From Nitrospirota bacterium (GTDB lineage: Bacteria > Nitrospirota > JACRHJ01): a DNA stretch of 64,000 nt. Shown in pieces: positions 20,058 to 30,165 of this stretch. Location of the stretch: assembly GCA_963733375.1 (NCBI GenBank), contig CAVTDB010000013.1:1-64000 (forward strand), in the 5' to 3' direction. A program made the position numbers and the translations under genes. Below the pieces are notes generated by a model. It saw nothing but the letters and a program-made list of their open reading frames with translations. It was not told the DNA's origin and searched no databases. Position 1 is the first letter of the stretch. The number at the start of each line of letters is the position of its first letter.

Positions 20058-20087
20058 TTAGACGGCTGGCCACAGGAAAGGTTTACA
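20058..20087 (-). promoter_or_regulatory. ECF-type promoter upstream of the Lys-rich gene
   Basis: Minus strand TGTAAACC-N15-CGTCTAA; both boxes identical to 19606-19636. Confidence 0.68.
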
Positions 20088-20095
20088 AAAAAATT

Positions 20096-21417
20096 TCACT
20101 TTATCAATATAATACTTAAATCCATCACGTTCGTGCCGGTCGGGCCGGGCGAGAAAAGCCCCCCGGCCTCCTTGAAAAAATGATTGGAATCGTTATTTTT
20201 CAAGTACTTGACCGCTTCCAGGCCTTTGGTCTCGGCACCCCTGACAGTCTCCCCGTCCGCGAATGCGCCCGCGGCGTCCGTGGGGCCGTCGGTCCCGTCC
20301 GTACCCGCGAAAAGGGCGGACAGCCGCCTGTCCCCGTTAATCTCTATCGCGAACGCCAGCGCCATTTCCTGGTTCCGGCCGCCCAGCCCTTCCCCGCGGA
20401 CGGTGACGGTCGTCTCCCCGCCCGCGAGCAGACATGCCGGCACCGGGCGCCTCGCCCTCTCGTGCTGGGCGGCCTCGGCCGCCAGCCTCTTTGCGGCATC
20501 TCTCGCCTCGCCGGTCATCGACCCGTCCAGGATGTACGGCCTGTAGCCCAGGTAGCTCGCCACTTCGGACGCCTTGGCCAACGCGGCGGCGTTCGAGGCC
20601 ACCACGAAATTTACCGTCTCCCTGAAAACTTCGTCACCCGGCTTCGGGGTCTCCGGGCAGAAGTCCCGACGCCCCCTTCTGCAGGTGTACCCGGACGGCG
20701 GACGGGACCCGGTCGTATACCCCCCTTATCTTCAGTATCTCCATGGCCTGGAGGTATGTCGTCTCGTCGGGGGCGGTCGGGCCGGACGCTATCACGCCCA
20801 GGTCGTCCCCCACCACGTCCGAGATTATAAGGCTGACTACCTTCGCTGGAAAGGCCGCCTCGGCAAGCCTGCCGCCCTTGACGGCGGAGAGGTGTTTCCG
20901 TACGCAGTTTATCTCCCCTATGTCCGCGCCGGACAGCAGCAGAAGCCCAGTCACCTCCTGCTTGTCCTTCAGGCTTATCCCCTCGGCCGGGAGGACCATC
21001 AGCGAGGACGCCCCGCCGGACAGAAGGCACAGGACAAGGTCGTCCTCCGATGCGCTTTTTGCCAGCTCCATCACCCGGCTCGGCCGCAAGCACCCCCCTG
21101 CCGTCCGGGAGCGGATGCGACGCCTCGAATATCTTCGCGCGGGAAAGCTTCCCGCCGTGCCCGTCCTTGGTTACGGCGATACCGTCTTTAATAAGGCCGC
21201 CCAGCACGTCTTCGGCAGCCCTGGCCATGCCGTAAGCGGCTTTTCCGGCGGCGATTAGATATATATTATTTATATCGGGAAGCGAGTAGCGGGAGCCGCC
21301 AATAACGAGGGCGGCGGTATCGAGGACGAGGTTTTCCTTTACGCATGAATAGGGGTCTGCCGCGGCGACCGCGGCCCGGTATATCTGAATAAGAAGTTCT
21401 TTCGTCTCCTTATCCAT
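20096..21417 (-). CDS. Glycerate 2-kinase (MOFRL/GckA/TtuD family), frameshifted
   Basis: AAGKAAYGMA, EASHPLPD, LLSGGASSL, VRKHLSAVKGGRLA, ISDVVGDD, GGETTVTV, GGRNQE, GTDGTDG, TGTNVMD. Confidence 0.92.
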
Positions 21418-22810
21418 CAGCTCCGGGTCCTGGCCCTCATCTCCCGGACGGAACGGATGCGCCCTATCACCGCTTCCTTCGCCGTCCCGCCGGTATGGCG
21501 CCTGGCTGCCACGGAATTTTCCACTTTAAGGGCTTCGAGCGCCGAGCCGTCAGCCTCCGGATAGAACTCCTTCAGTTCGGCCAGGGTAAGGTCTTCCATC
21601 CCGCGCCCGGACTCAACCAACTTCCTCACGATTTTGCCGACTATCTCGTGGGCGCTCCTGAAAGGGACCCCGCGCTTTGCCAGCCAGTCCGCGAGGTCTG
21701 TCGCCGTGGAGTAACTCTCGCCGGCGGCGGCCTCCATCTTTTCTTTCCTTGGCTCCATGCCCCGGATTATATCCGTCATCGCACGAAGGCACCCGCGTAC
21801 GGTATCGGCGGCGTCGAACACCGGCTCCTTGTCTTCCTGCATGTCTTTATTATACGCAAGCGGCAGGCCCTTCATCACCGTGAGGAGCGCCATCAGGTCG
21901 CCATATACCCTGCCGGTCTTGCCGCGCACCAGTTCCGGGACGTCCGGGTTCTTCTTCTGGGGCATGATGGACGAGCCGGTGCAGTACCTGTCCGGCAGGT
22001 CGATGAAGCCGAACTCCCCGGTGGACCACAGGACCAGTCTCCTCGGAGAGGCGTGAGAGGTGCATCATTAAAATCGAAGACGCGGCCAGGAACTCGAGGT
22101 TAAAGTCGCGGTCGGAGACGGAGTCCATGCTGTTGTGCGTCGGCTCCTGGAAGCGGAGCATCAGCGCGACGAAGGCACGGTCTATCGGGATAGCCCGTCC
22201 CGGCCAGTGCGCCGGAGCCGAGCGGCATCCTGTCCCCCCTTTTGAGGGCGTCCGAGAACCTCCCGGAGTCCCTCTCCAGCATCTCGTAATATGCCATCAT
22301 GTGGTGGGAGAAGAGTACCGGCTGGGCGCGCTGGAGGTGGGTATATCCGGGCATGACGAGGTCTATATACCCCTCAGCCTTTTCCAGCAGCGCTTCCTGC
22401 ATCGCATCTATGAGGTTCACCACCCGCGCGCACTCGTCCTTCAGGTAAAGCTTTATATCGAGCGCCACCTGGTCGTTTCTGCTTCTGGCGGTGTGGAGCT
22501 TGCGTCCGGCGTCGCCGATCTTCTCAACTAGGCGGGCCTCGATGTTCATGTGCACGTCTTCAAGCTCCGTGCGCCATTTGAACTCCCCGGCCTCGATCTC
22601 GTCCAAGACCTCTTCAAGCCCGTGGACGATTTTATCCGCGTCCGCAGGCGATATTATCCCCTGCCTCCCCAGCATCCTGGCGTGGGCGAGGCTCCCGGCT
22701 ATGTCGTAGCGGTACAGACGCCTGTCGAAAGGAAGCGAGGCGGTGAACTCCTCGACGAACTTGTCCGTCGGGCCCTCAAACCTCCCGCCCCATGGTTTAT
22801 CTTCGGCCAT
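21417..22810 (-). CDS. argH: Argininosuccinate lyase (frameshifted)
   Basis: [65 protein letters not shown]. Confidence 0.96.
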
Positions 22811-24040
22811 TAAATTTTACTCCCCCGCCAATTACATCCTTCGCCGAGCAGCGCCCGGATGCGGAGCCTGAGCGCGCTTATCTTGATGAAGCCTTCCGCG
22901 TCGCTCTGGTCGTAAACCGCCTCTTCTCCAAACGTGGCGAATTCCGGGTGGTAGAGCGAACAGGGCGACTTCCTGCCCACGGCGTCGCAGTTGCCCTTAT
23001 ACAGCTTCACCCGCGCCGTACCCGTGACGTTTTTCTGGGTATCGTCTATCAGCTTCTGCATCAGCTCGCGCTCCGGCGCGTACCAGAACCCGTAATAGAC
23101 CAGCTCGGCGTACTTCGGCACGAGCGAGTCCCTTAGGTGCATGACCTCCCTGTCCAGCGTGATGGACTCCACCGCCCGGTGCGCCGCATGTAAAAGCGTC
23201 CCGCCCGGCGTCTCGTACACCCCGCGCGACTTCATCCCCACGAAGCGGTTCTCCACCAGGTCCACCCGGCCGACCCCGTTCTCTCCGGCCAGCCTGTTCG
23301 CCTCCGCCAGGAGTCTGCCCAGGGCTCATCCGCACGCCGTTAATGGCCACCGGGTCGCCCCTCTCATACTCCACTTCCACGTATGCGGGCCTGTCCGGGG
23401 CTTCCTCGGCCGGCACGGCCATGGTGTACATGTCCCTTGTGGACTCCATCCACGGGTCTTCCAGTATTCCCCCCTCGTAGCTTATGTGCAGGAGGTTCCT
23501 GTCCGTGGAGAACGGCTTGGATTTGGTCGCCGTGACGGGTATCCCGTGGCCCTCGGCATAGTCGATCAAGTCTTCGCGGGATTTGAAAGCCCACTCACGC
23601 CAGGGCGCGATCACCTTCACCTCGGGTTTAAGCGCATAGTACGTCAGCTCGAACCGGACCTGGTCGTTGCCCTTGCCGGTCGCGCCGTGAGAGACGGCGT
23701 CCGCGCCTTCCGCCTCGGCAATCTCTATCTGGCGTTTTGCGATAAGCGGGCGGGCGATGGAGGTGCCGAGAAGGTATCTGCACTCGTACAGCGCGTTCGC
23801 GCGGAGCATCGGGAAGACGAAATCCGATACGAACTCCTCCTTCAGGTCGTCGATATAAATCTTCGACGCGCCCGTCTTAAGCGCCTTTTCGTTCAGCGGA
23901 GCGAGCTCTTCCCCCTGCCCCAGATCCGCCGCGAACGCAATCACTTCGCACTGGTAATTCTCGATGAGCCATTTTATGATGACCGAGGTATCGAGCCCGC
24001 CTGAATACGCGAGGACTACCTTATTTACTTTCTTGTCCAC
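22810..24040 (-). CDS. argG: Argininosuccinate synthase (frameshifted ~23320)
   Basis: [55 protein letters not shown]. Confidence 0.96.
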
Positions 24041-24062
24041 GAAGTCTCCTTAGAACATAAGA

Positions 24063-24163
24063 CCGTACTTTTCTTTCACGGGAAAGAAAAGTACCAAAAG
24101 AAAGCGGGACTTTAAGCCCAGCTTTTCTTTGGTTACTTTCTTTTCCCGAAAAGAAAGTAACGG
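24063..24163. repeat. Repeat family R1, copy 2 (H1+H1rc)
   Basis: GTACTTTTCTTTC..GAAAGAAAAGTAC CAAAAGAAAGC GGGACTTTAAGCCCA GCTTTTCTTTG GTTACTTTCTTTTC.GAAAAGAAAGTAAC. Confidence 0.92.
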
Positions 24164-24164
24164 T

Positions 24165-24929
24165 TTATCTTACCCAGCCCGGCGGCGCGCCGGCTTTCCT
24201 GGCCTCTTCCGGGATGACCTGATTCATCATATTGTCCGCCTCGTCCATTTCCCTCTGCGCGTCGTCCATCCGGACTCTTGCCGAGCCCCGCAGGTCCTGG
24301 TACTGCGTCACCTGGTAATTGGAAACCGAAGGGTTCGCCCTGGTTGGCCGACGCCCCCCCGCCTACGCCCAGGAGCAGGCCGTTATAGCGGTTCCAGTCG
24401 TCGCTCGCGGCCTTGTAATTCGCCGCCGCTTCGTCGTATTTCTTCTTCCATTCCTCAATCCGCCTCGTCCACCAGTACTGGTTGTGGCCGTTGTTATCCG
24501 TAGTCTCGTGTGGAAAGACGGCGCGGGGGGGGCCACTAAATGCTCATCCCTGCGTTCGGGAGCCCTTTGGACATCGGCCCCTTTCGCGGGTAGAGGGAAA
24601 TTTTTCTGCACGGTCGCGTTCTCGTCGGCGACGACCTCCTGTATTTCCTTTATCTCGCTTTTCTGAAGGAGTATCGCGCCCGCGGGCAGCATTATCCGGA
24701 CGGAGTCTTTCATGATTTCATAGTTGTCGGTCTCTATCTTGCCGCCGCTTCTCAGCCTGATTATGTATTTTATTTTTTTCCTTGACGGGGCCGGCTGTCC
24801 GGTGGCGGGTTCGTCCTTCCCCTTGCCCAGGAGTTTGTCGACGAAACCCGCGATCTTGCCCTGTTCGGGATAAGCGGCGGCGGGGACCAGGACCGCAATC
24901 AACCCTAAAGCTACGATCAGTTTTTTCAT
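24165..24929 (-). CDS. Secreted hypothetical coiled-coil protein inside the arg operon (frameshifted)
   Basis: Signal peptide; joined frames give DNNGHNQYWWTRRIEEWKKKY... and end ...PEEARKAGAPPGWVR*. Confidence 0.7.
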
Positions 24930-24942
24930 AGAGCGTACCTCT

Positions 24943-25867
24943 TTAGCCGGTTATGAGCAGTTCCAAAAGCGCCTTCTGCACATGAAGGCGGTTTTCCGCC
25001 TGGTCGAAAACAGCCGAATTTTTCCCTTCCATCGCCTCGTCGGTTATCTCTTCCCCCCTGTGCGCGGGCAGGCAGTGCAGGACGATGGCGCCGGGCTTTG
25101 CCAGTCTAAGCAGCTCCGCGTTTATCTGAAAGCCCCTGAAATGTTTTTCCCTCGAGGCCTTCTCCGACTCCTGGCCCATCGACGCCCAGACGTCCGTGTA
25201 GAGCACGTCCGCGCCGGATGCCGCCGCACTCAGGGTCCCGGACAAGCTGAACCGACGGCCCCCGGCCCCGCCCTTTTCCTTCGCCCAGGCGAGTATACCT
25301 GGGTCCGGGTCGTAGCCTTCCGGGCATGCAAGCGCTATATCCATGCCCGCCTTGGCGCAGCCTTCTATCAGGGAATTTGCCATGTTGTTGCCGTCGCCGA
25401 TGTATGCGAGTTTCAGGCCCCGCAAGCCTCCCAGCTTCTCTTTTATGGTCAGGAGGTCCGCCAGCACCTGGCAGGGGTGGTGCATGTCCGTCAGGCCGTT
25501 AATGACCGGCACGGTCGCGTATTTCGCCAACTCAGCGACCGATTCCTGGGAGTACGTTCTTATCATTATAGCGTCCACGTACCGGGAGAGAACCCTGGCC
25601 GTGTCCCGGACCTCCTCGCCCCTTCCGATCTGGGTGTCGGCGGAGGACATGAATATCGCGTGGCCGCCAAGCTGGGATATCCCGGCTTCGAACGACACCC
25701 GCGTGCGGGTGGAGGACTTCTCGAATATCATGGCGAGCGTCCTGCCTTTCAGCGTACTGCGCTCCTCGCCCTTTAACCTGAGCGATTTAAGCCAGGCCGC
25801 CTCTCTCCAGGACTTTAAAGAAATCCTCGTCCGGAAAAGAGGCCAGTGTCAGAAGGTCCTTAGTCAT
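24943..25867 (-). CDS. argF: Ornithine carbamoyltransferase (frameshift near N-terminus)
   Basis: FEKSSTRTRVSFE, HPCQVLADL, GDGNNMA, YTDVWASMGQE, HCLPAHRGEE. Confidence 0.96.
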
Positions 25868-27065
25868 GGTGCAGCCTGCCTTCGAATATCCTGTCCAGCA
25901 TCTCAATCAGGGCGTCTATCTCCTCCTCGGTAACTATGAGGGGCGGCACGAACCGAAGCACGTTACCCATCGTGGCGTTGATGATAAACCCTTCGGAAAG
26001 CGCCTGGCGCACGATGGGCATGGCGTCGAAATCAAGCTCCATGCCGATTAAAAGGCCCTTGCCGCGCACCTCTTTTATGAAGTGATATTTTTCTTTAAGC
26101 TTCTCCAGCTCTTTTACGAAATAATCACCCATCCGGGAGCAGGAGCCGATAAGCCAGCCGTCCTCCAGGATAGCGTCCAGGGAGGCAAGCCCCGCCGCGC
26201 AGGCGAGCGGGTTTCCGCCGAAGGTAGAGGCATGGTCGCCCGGCACGAAAGACTCGGCGACCTTCTCCGTCGCCAGGCACGCCCCGATGGCCGTCCCGCC
26301 GCCCAGCGCCTTGGCCAGGGTCATGATGTCCGGCTTGATGCCGAAATGTTCATAGGCGAACAGCTGCCCGGTGCGGCCCATCCCGGTCTGCACCTCGTCC
26401 AGGATAAGCAGGAGCCCCTTTTCGCTAAGGAGCGCCCGGAGTTCCTTGAAGTATTCATCCGGCGGGACATTCACCCCGCCTTCCGCCTGAATAGGCTCCA
26501 TCATCACGGCGCAGGTCTTATCGGTTATGGCTTTCTCCACCGCCTTCACGTCTCCGAACGGGACGTAAGTAAAGCCCGGCAGAAGCGGGGTGAACGCCTT
26601 CTGGAACTTCTCCTGCCCGGTGGCGGTTATGGTGGCCATGGTCCTGCCGTGGAACGACTTCAGGGCGGTGATGATTTCGTACTTCTGCCCGCCCATGTTC
26701 TCTTTCGCGTACTTCCGGGCAAGCTTTATCGCCGCCTCGTTCGCCTCCGCGCCGGAGTTGCAGAAAAATACCCTGTCCGCGAACGAGTTCTGGCAAAGCG
26801 CCTTGGCAAGCTTTATCTGCGGCTCCATATGGAAGTAGTTCGAGGCATGGATAAGCTTCTGGGCCTGCTTCTGGAGCGCGATAACAATCTTGGGATGGCA
26901 ATGTCCAAGGTTATTGACCGCTATCCCCGCCAGGAAGTCCAGATACTCCTTGCCGTCGGAGTCCCAGAGCCTCATGCCGCGTCCGCGTACGAACACCACA
27001 GGGAACCGCCCATAGGTGTTCATCAGATATTTAGTCGATTCTTCTATCAGTTTGTCTGTTGACAT
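25860..27065 (-). CDS. argD: Acetylornithine aminotransferase
   Basis: YLDFLAGIAVNNLGH, FFCNSGAEANE, FHGRT, DEVQTGMGRTG, TLAKALGGG, HASTFGGNP. Confidence 0.95.
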   Translation of the reverse strand: MSTDKLIEESTKYLMNTYGRFPVVFVRGRGMRLWDSDGKEYLDFLAGIAVNNLGHCHPKIVIALQKQAQKLIHASNYFHMEPQIKLAKALCQNSFADRVFFCNSGAEANEAAIKLARKYAKENMGGQKYEIITALKSFHGRTMATITATGQEKFQKAFTPLLPGFTYVPFGDVKAVEKAITDKTCAVMMEPIQAEGGVNVPPDEYFKELRALLSEKGLLLILDEVQTGMGRTGQLFAYEHFGIKPDIMTLAKALGGGTAIGACLATEKVAESFVPGDHASTFGGNPLACAAGLASLDAILEDGWLIGSCSRMGDYFVKELEKLKEKYHFIKEVRGKGLLIGMELDFDAMPIVRQALSEGFIINATMGNVLRFVPPLIVTEEEIDALIEMLDRIFEGRLHHD

Positions 27066-27086
27066 AGTAGTTAATTTTCTTTAATT

Positions 27087-27181
27087 CGTTACTTTTCTTT
27101 CGGGTGAAAGAAAAGTAACCAAAAGAAAGCCGGGTTATTGTCCAAAAGTTTTTGGCTCCACCTTTTTCCCAAAAAGGTGGA
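27087..27181. repeat. Repeat family R1, copy 3 (H1+H2rc)
   Basis: GTTACTTTTCTTTC..GAAAGAAAAGTAAC CAAAAGAAAGC...AAAAGTTTTTGG.TCCACCTTTTT..AAAAAGGTGGA. Confidence 0.9.
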
Positions 27182-27261
27182 ATAGCCCTTTCAGGTAAAA
27201 CTAATTGATAACACAAGGGGTTATAAAAATCAACGGGAAAAGCATGGTCTTCCCGCCCGGC

Positions 27262-27290
27262 TTTACACAATTCGCCCTCGCTGTTACACT
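27262..27290 (+). promoter_or_regulatory. Putative sigma70 promoter
   Basis: TTTACA-N17-TACACT. Confidence 0.5.
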
Positions 27291-27316
27291 TTAATCAACA
27301 GCCAATCAGTCCGCTC

Positions 27317-27394
27317 CTGCAGGGCCGGTTTCTTCGCCGCGGTCTTAATTTTAAGGCCATCGCGGCCATGTAACCGCCCCTGCAGTTTTGTTTT
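27317..27394 (+). ncRNA. Unassigned long leader hairpin followed by a U-rich tract
   Basis: CTGCAGGGCCGGTT/AACCGCCCCTGCAG (13 of 14 paired), GCCGCG/CGCGGC, GTCTTA/TAAGGC, then TTTTGTTTT and GGAGG. Confidence 0.45.
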
Positions 27395-27407
27395 ATGGAG
27401 GTGCATC

Positions 27408-27710
27408 ATGATAGCTGAATTTTCGGTATGGCCGCTGGTCGGGGCGTCCGTCTCCGAGTATGTGGCGAAGGTGGTCAAGCTGGTGGACGAGTCCGGCCTG
27501 CCTTACAAGCTGAACGCGATGGGTACGGTAGTGGAAGGCGACTGGGACGAGGTGCTGGGTCTTATAAAGAAATGCCATCAGCTTCTTGCGGGCCAGACGG
27601 AGCGGGTAATCACGAATATAAGCATCGATGACCGGAAAGGGAAAACCCAGAGGATTACCGGGAAAGTCGAATCGATTGAGAGGATTCTCGGCAAGGAGAT
27701 GAAAAAGTAG
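27408..27710 (+). CDS. MTH1187-family thiamine-binding protein
   Basis: EFSVWPL...SVSEYVA, SGLPYKLNAMGTVVEG, RVITNISIDDR...KVESIE. Confidence 0.88.
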   Translation: MIAEFSVWPLVGASVSEYVAKVVKLVDESGLPYKLNAMGTVVEGDWDEVLGLIKKCHQLLAGQTERVITNISIDDRKGKTQRITGKVESIERILGKEMKK

Positions 27711-27758
27711 ACAATTTTATAGACATAGTTGACATTCAGGGTTAAAATTAGGTATATA
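27705..27758 (+). promoter_or_regulatory. nifS promoter with a possible IscR/Rrf2-type operator
   Basis: TTGACA-N18-TATATA; overlapping ATAGTTGAC half-site and repeated TAGACA. Confidence 0.45.
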
Positions 27759-27812
27759 TAAAGGCTCACGATTTAAGAGAGAGCTTTGTCCTTATTACAA
27801 AGGAGCGTCACG

Positions 27813-28995
27813 ATGGGCAGGATATACCTGGACAATAACGCCACAACCCCGGTGCGCCCGGAGGTGGCCGAGGCGCTTGCCAGGATGCTGAAAGGCTGTT
27901 ACGGCAACCCCTCCACTCTATACTGCATAGGCCAGGAAGCCCACGTCGAGATGGAGCACGCAAGGGACGTGATGGCGGAAATCCTGGGCTGCGACAGGGA
28001 AGAGGTGATATTCACAAGCGGCGGCACGGAGAGCGACAACTTAGCGATCTTCGGCGTCGCCCGCGCCCTCAAGAAAAAGGGCAACCACATCATCACCACC
28101 AAAATCGAACACCATGCGGTGCTGAACCCCTGCAAGGCCCTGGAGAAGGACGGCTGGTCGGTAACATATCTCCCGGTGGACAGCTACGGGATGGTGGACC
28201 CGGCCGACGTCGAGCGCGCTATCACCGACGGCACCGTCCTCATCAGCGTAATGCACGCGAATAATGAAGTGGGCACAATCCAGCCCATAGCGGAAATAGG
28301 CAAGCTTGCAAAGGCCAGGAAAATAACCTTCCACACCGACGCCGTCCAGAGCTTCGGGAAGTTGCCCGTGAACGTCAACGAGCTCGGCGTGGACCTCCTC
28401 TCCGCTTCGTCCCATAAAATTTACGGGCCGAAAGGCGTGGGGCTTCTGTACATCCGGAAGGGCACCAAGATTATGCCCATCATGTACGGCGGGCACCAGG
28501 AACGCTCACTCAGGCCGGGTACGGAGAACGTGCCGGGCGTCGTGGGCTTCGGCCGCGCCGCGGAGCTTATGGCGGCGGAAGGCGAGGCCGAGGACGCGCG
28601 CCTCATGAAGATGCGCGACCGGCTCTGGGAGGGGATAAAGGCCAGGGTGCCGCATGTGATACTGAACGGGCACCCGACTCAAGAGGCTGGCCGGGACGCT
28701 GAACGTGATATTCGAATACGTGGAAGGCGAATCCATAATCCTGAGCCTGGACGAATTCGGCATCTGCGCCGCGTCCGGCTCCGCATGCACCTCGGACGCC
28801 CTTGAGCCTTCGCACGTTTTATCGGCCATGGGGGTCCCGGTGGAGAAGACCCACGGGGCGCTTCGGATGTCGTTTGGCCGTGAGAATACGGAAGAGGACG
28901 TGGACAAAGTCCTGGAGGCGCTCCCGAAGGTGGTGGAGAACCTCCGGAGCTTCAGCCCGATTTACAAGGATTTTTTGAAAACGCAGTCGGCGTAA
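27813..28995 (+). CDS. nifS: Cysteine desulfurase NifS/IscS (frameshift ~28685)
   Basis: IYLDNNATT, GNPS, FTSGGTESDN, HTDAVQ, SSHKIYGPKG, SGSACTS, PSHVLSAMG. Confidence 0.94.
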
Positions 28996-29003
28996 GATAC
29001 TAA

Positions 29004-29103
29004 CCGTTACCTTTTTGGTAAAAAGGTAACACCAAAAACTTTTGGACTTAAAACCCCGCTTTTCTTTGTGTTACTTTCTTTTCCCGTGAAAAGAAAGTAA
29101 CGG
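29004..29103. repeat. Repeat family R1, copy 4 (H2+H1rc) between nifS and nifU
   Basis: GTTACCTTTTT..AAAAAGGTAAC ACCAAAAACTTTTGG...GCTTTTCTTTGT GTTACTTTCTTTTC..GAAAAGAAAGTAAC. Confidence 0.92.
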
Positions 29104-29129
29104 TTTTTTAACGAAAGGGTATTTAGAAC

Positions 29130-29507
29130 ATGGCATATTCCGAGAAAGTAATGGACCACTTCAGAAACCCCCGCAACGTAGGCGAAATGAAGGACGCTGA
29201 CGGTATAGGGAAGGTCGGCAACCCGGTCTGCGGCGATATAATGGAGCTTTATATTAAGGTGGAGGGCGATACCATCGTTGACGCCAAGTTCCAGACCCTG
29301 GGCTGCGGCGCGGCGATAGCCACGTCCTCGATGGTCACGGAAATGGTCAAGGGCAAGAAACTAGAAGACGCGCTTACCATATCCAACTCCATGGTGGCCG
29401 AGGCCCTGGGCGGGCTCCCGCCCGTGAAGATGCACTGCTCCGTGCTCGCGGAGGAGGCGCTCCAGAGCGCGATATCGGACTATAAAAAGAAAAAAGGCAT
29501 AGAATAA
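29130..29507 (+). CDS. iscU: Fe-S cluster scaffold, single U-type domain
   Basis: YSEKVMDHFRNPRNVG, GNPVCGD, GCGAAIATSS, LPPVKMHCS. Confidence 0.93.
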   Translation: MAYSEKVMDHFRNPRNVGEMKDADGIGKVGNPVCGDIMELYIKVEGDTIVDAKFQTLGCGAAIATSSMVTEMVKGKKLEDALTISNSMVAEALGGLPPVKMHCSVLAEEALQSAISDYKKKKGIE

Positions 29508-29512
29508 ATTCC

Positions 29513-29540
29513 AGGCCGGGGTCTCTCCCCGGCCTTTTTT
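29513..29540 (+). terminator. Rho-independent terminator
   Basis: AGGCCGGGG-tctct-CCCCGGCCT followed by a T-run. Confidence 0.8.
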
Positions 29541-29634
29541 ATTTTCCTTAAGTCTTGAAAAATATATACCTCTCTGCTAATCTGATAAGAGTTCCGCATA
29601 ACACCGGCCGATATCCTTTATCAAGAAAGAAAAG

Positions 29635-30159
29635 ATGGACAGTCCGAAGGAGGCGCTTTTAGTCATAGACATGCTTAACGACTTCTGCCGGGAAGGGGCG
29701 CCGCTATTTGTCCCCATGACCCGGGAGGTAATCCCGAATATACGGCGGGAGCTAAAAAGGGCGCGGGCGGAAGGGGTGCCGGTGGTATATGTCTGCGACG
29801 CGCATGACCCGGAGGATATAGAGTTCAAGAACTGGCCGCCGCACGCGGTCGCCGGTTCGGAGGGCGCGCAGGTAATAGACGAGCTTAAGCCCTCCGGGCG
29901 GGATATCGTTATCCATAAGAAGACGCTCCTGGGGTTCCATAAAACGGACCTGGAAGAAGAGCTTAAAGGCCTTGGCGCAGGCCTGGTAACTGTTACCGGC
30001 TGCGTCACGAACATCTGCGTGATGCTTGTCGCCATCGAGGCGGCGGTACGGGGGTTCAAGGTCCGCGTGCCGCGCGACTGCGTCGCCGGGCTGGACAAGG
30101 AGATGCACGAGTTCGCGCTCCGCGAGCTAAAGGAAGTTATCGGGGCTGAAATATATTGA
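29635..30159 (+). CDS. pncA: Nicotinamidase / isochorismatase-family cysteine hydrolase
   Basis: ALLVIDMLNDF, DAH, WPPHAV, GCVTNICV; adjacent to pncB. Confidence 0.85.
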   Translation: MDSPKEALLVIDMLNDFCREGAPLFVPMTREVIPNIRRELKRARAEGVPVVYVCDAHDPEDIEFKNWPPHAVAGSEGAQVIDELKPSGRDIVIHKKTLLGFHKTDLEEELKGLGAGLVTVTGCVTNICVMLVAIEAAVRGFKVRVPRDCVAGLDKEMHEFALRELKEVIGAEIY

Positions 30160-30165
30160 GGGCTG

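Noticed and set aside
27317-27394. TPP riboswitch or SRP RNA
   Set aside because: No GCUGAGA core and no SRP GNRA/GGAA domain IV motif.
27813-29507. Nitrogen-fixation cluster
   Set aside because: Only a desulfurase and a single-domain scaffold are present; no nifHDK.
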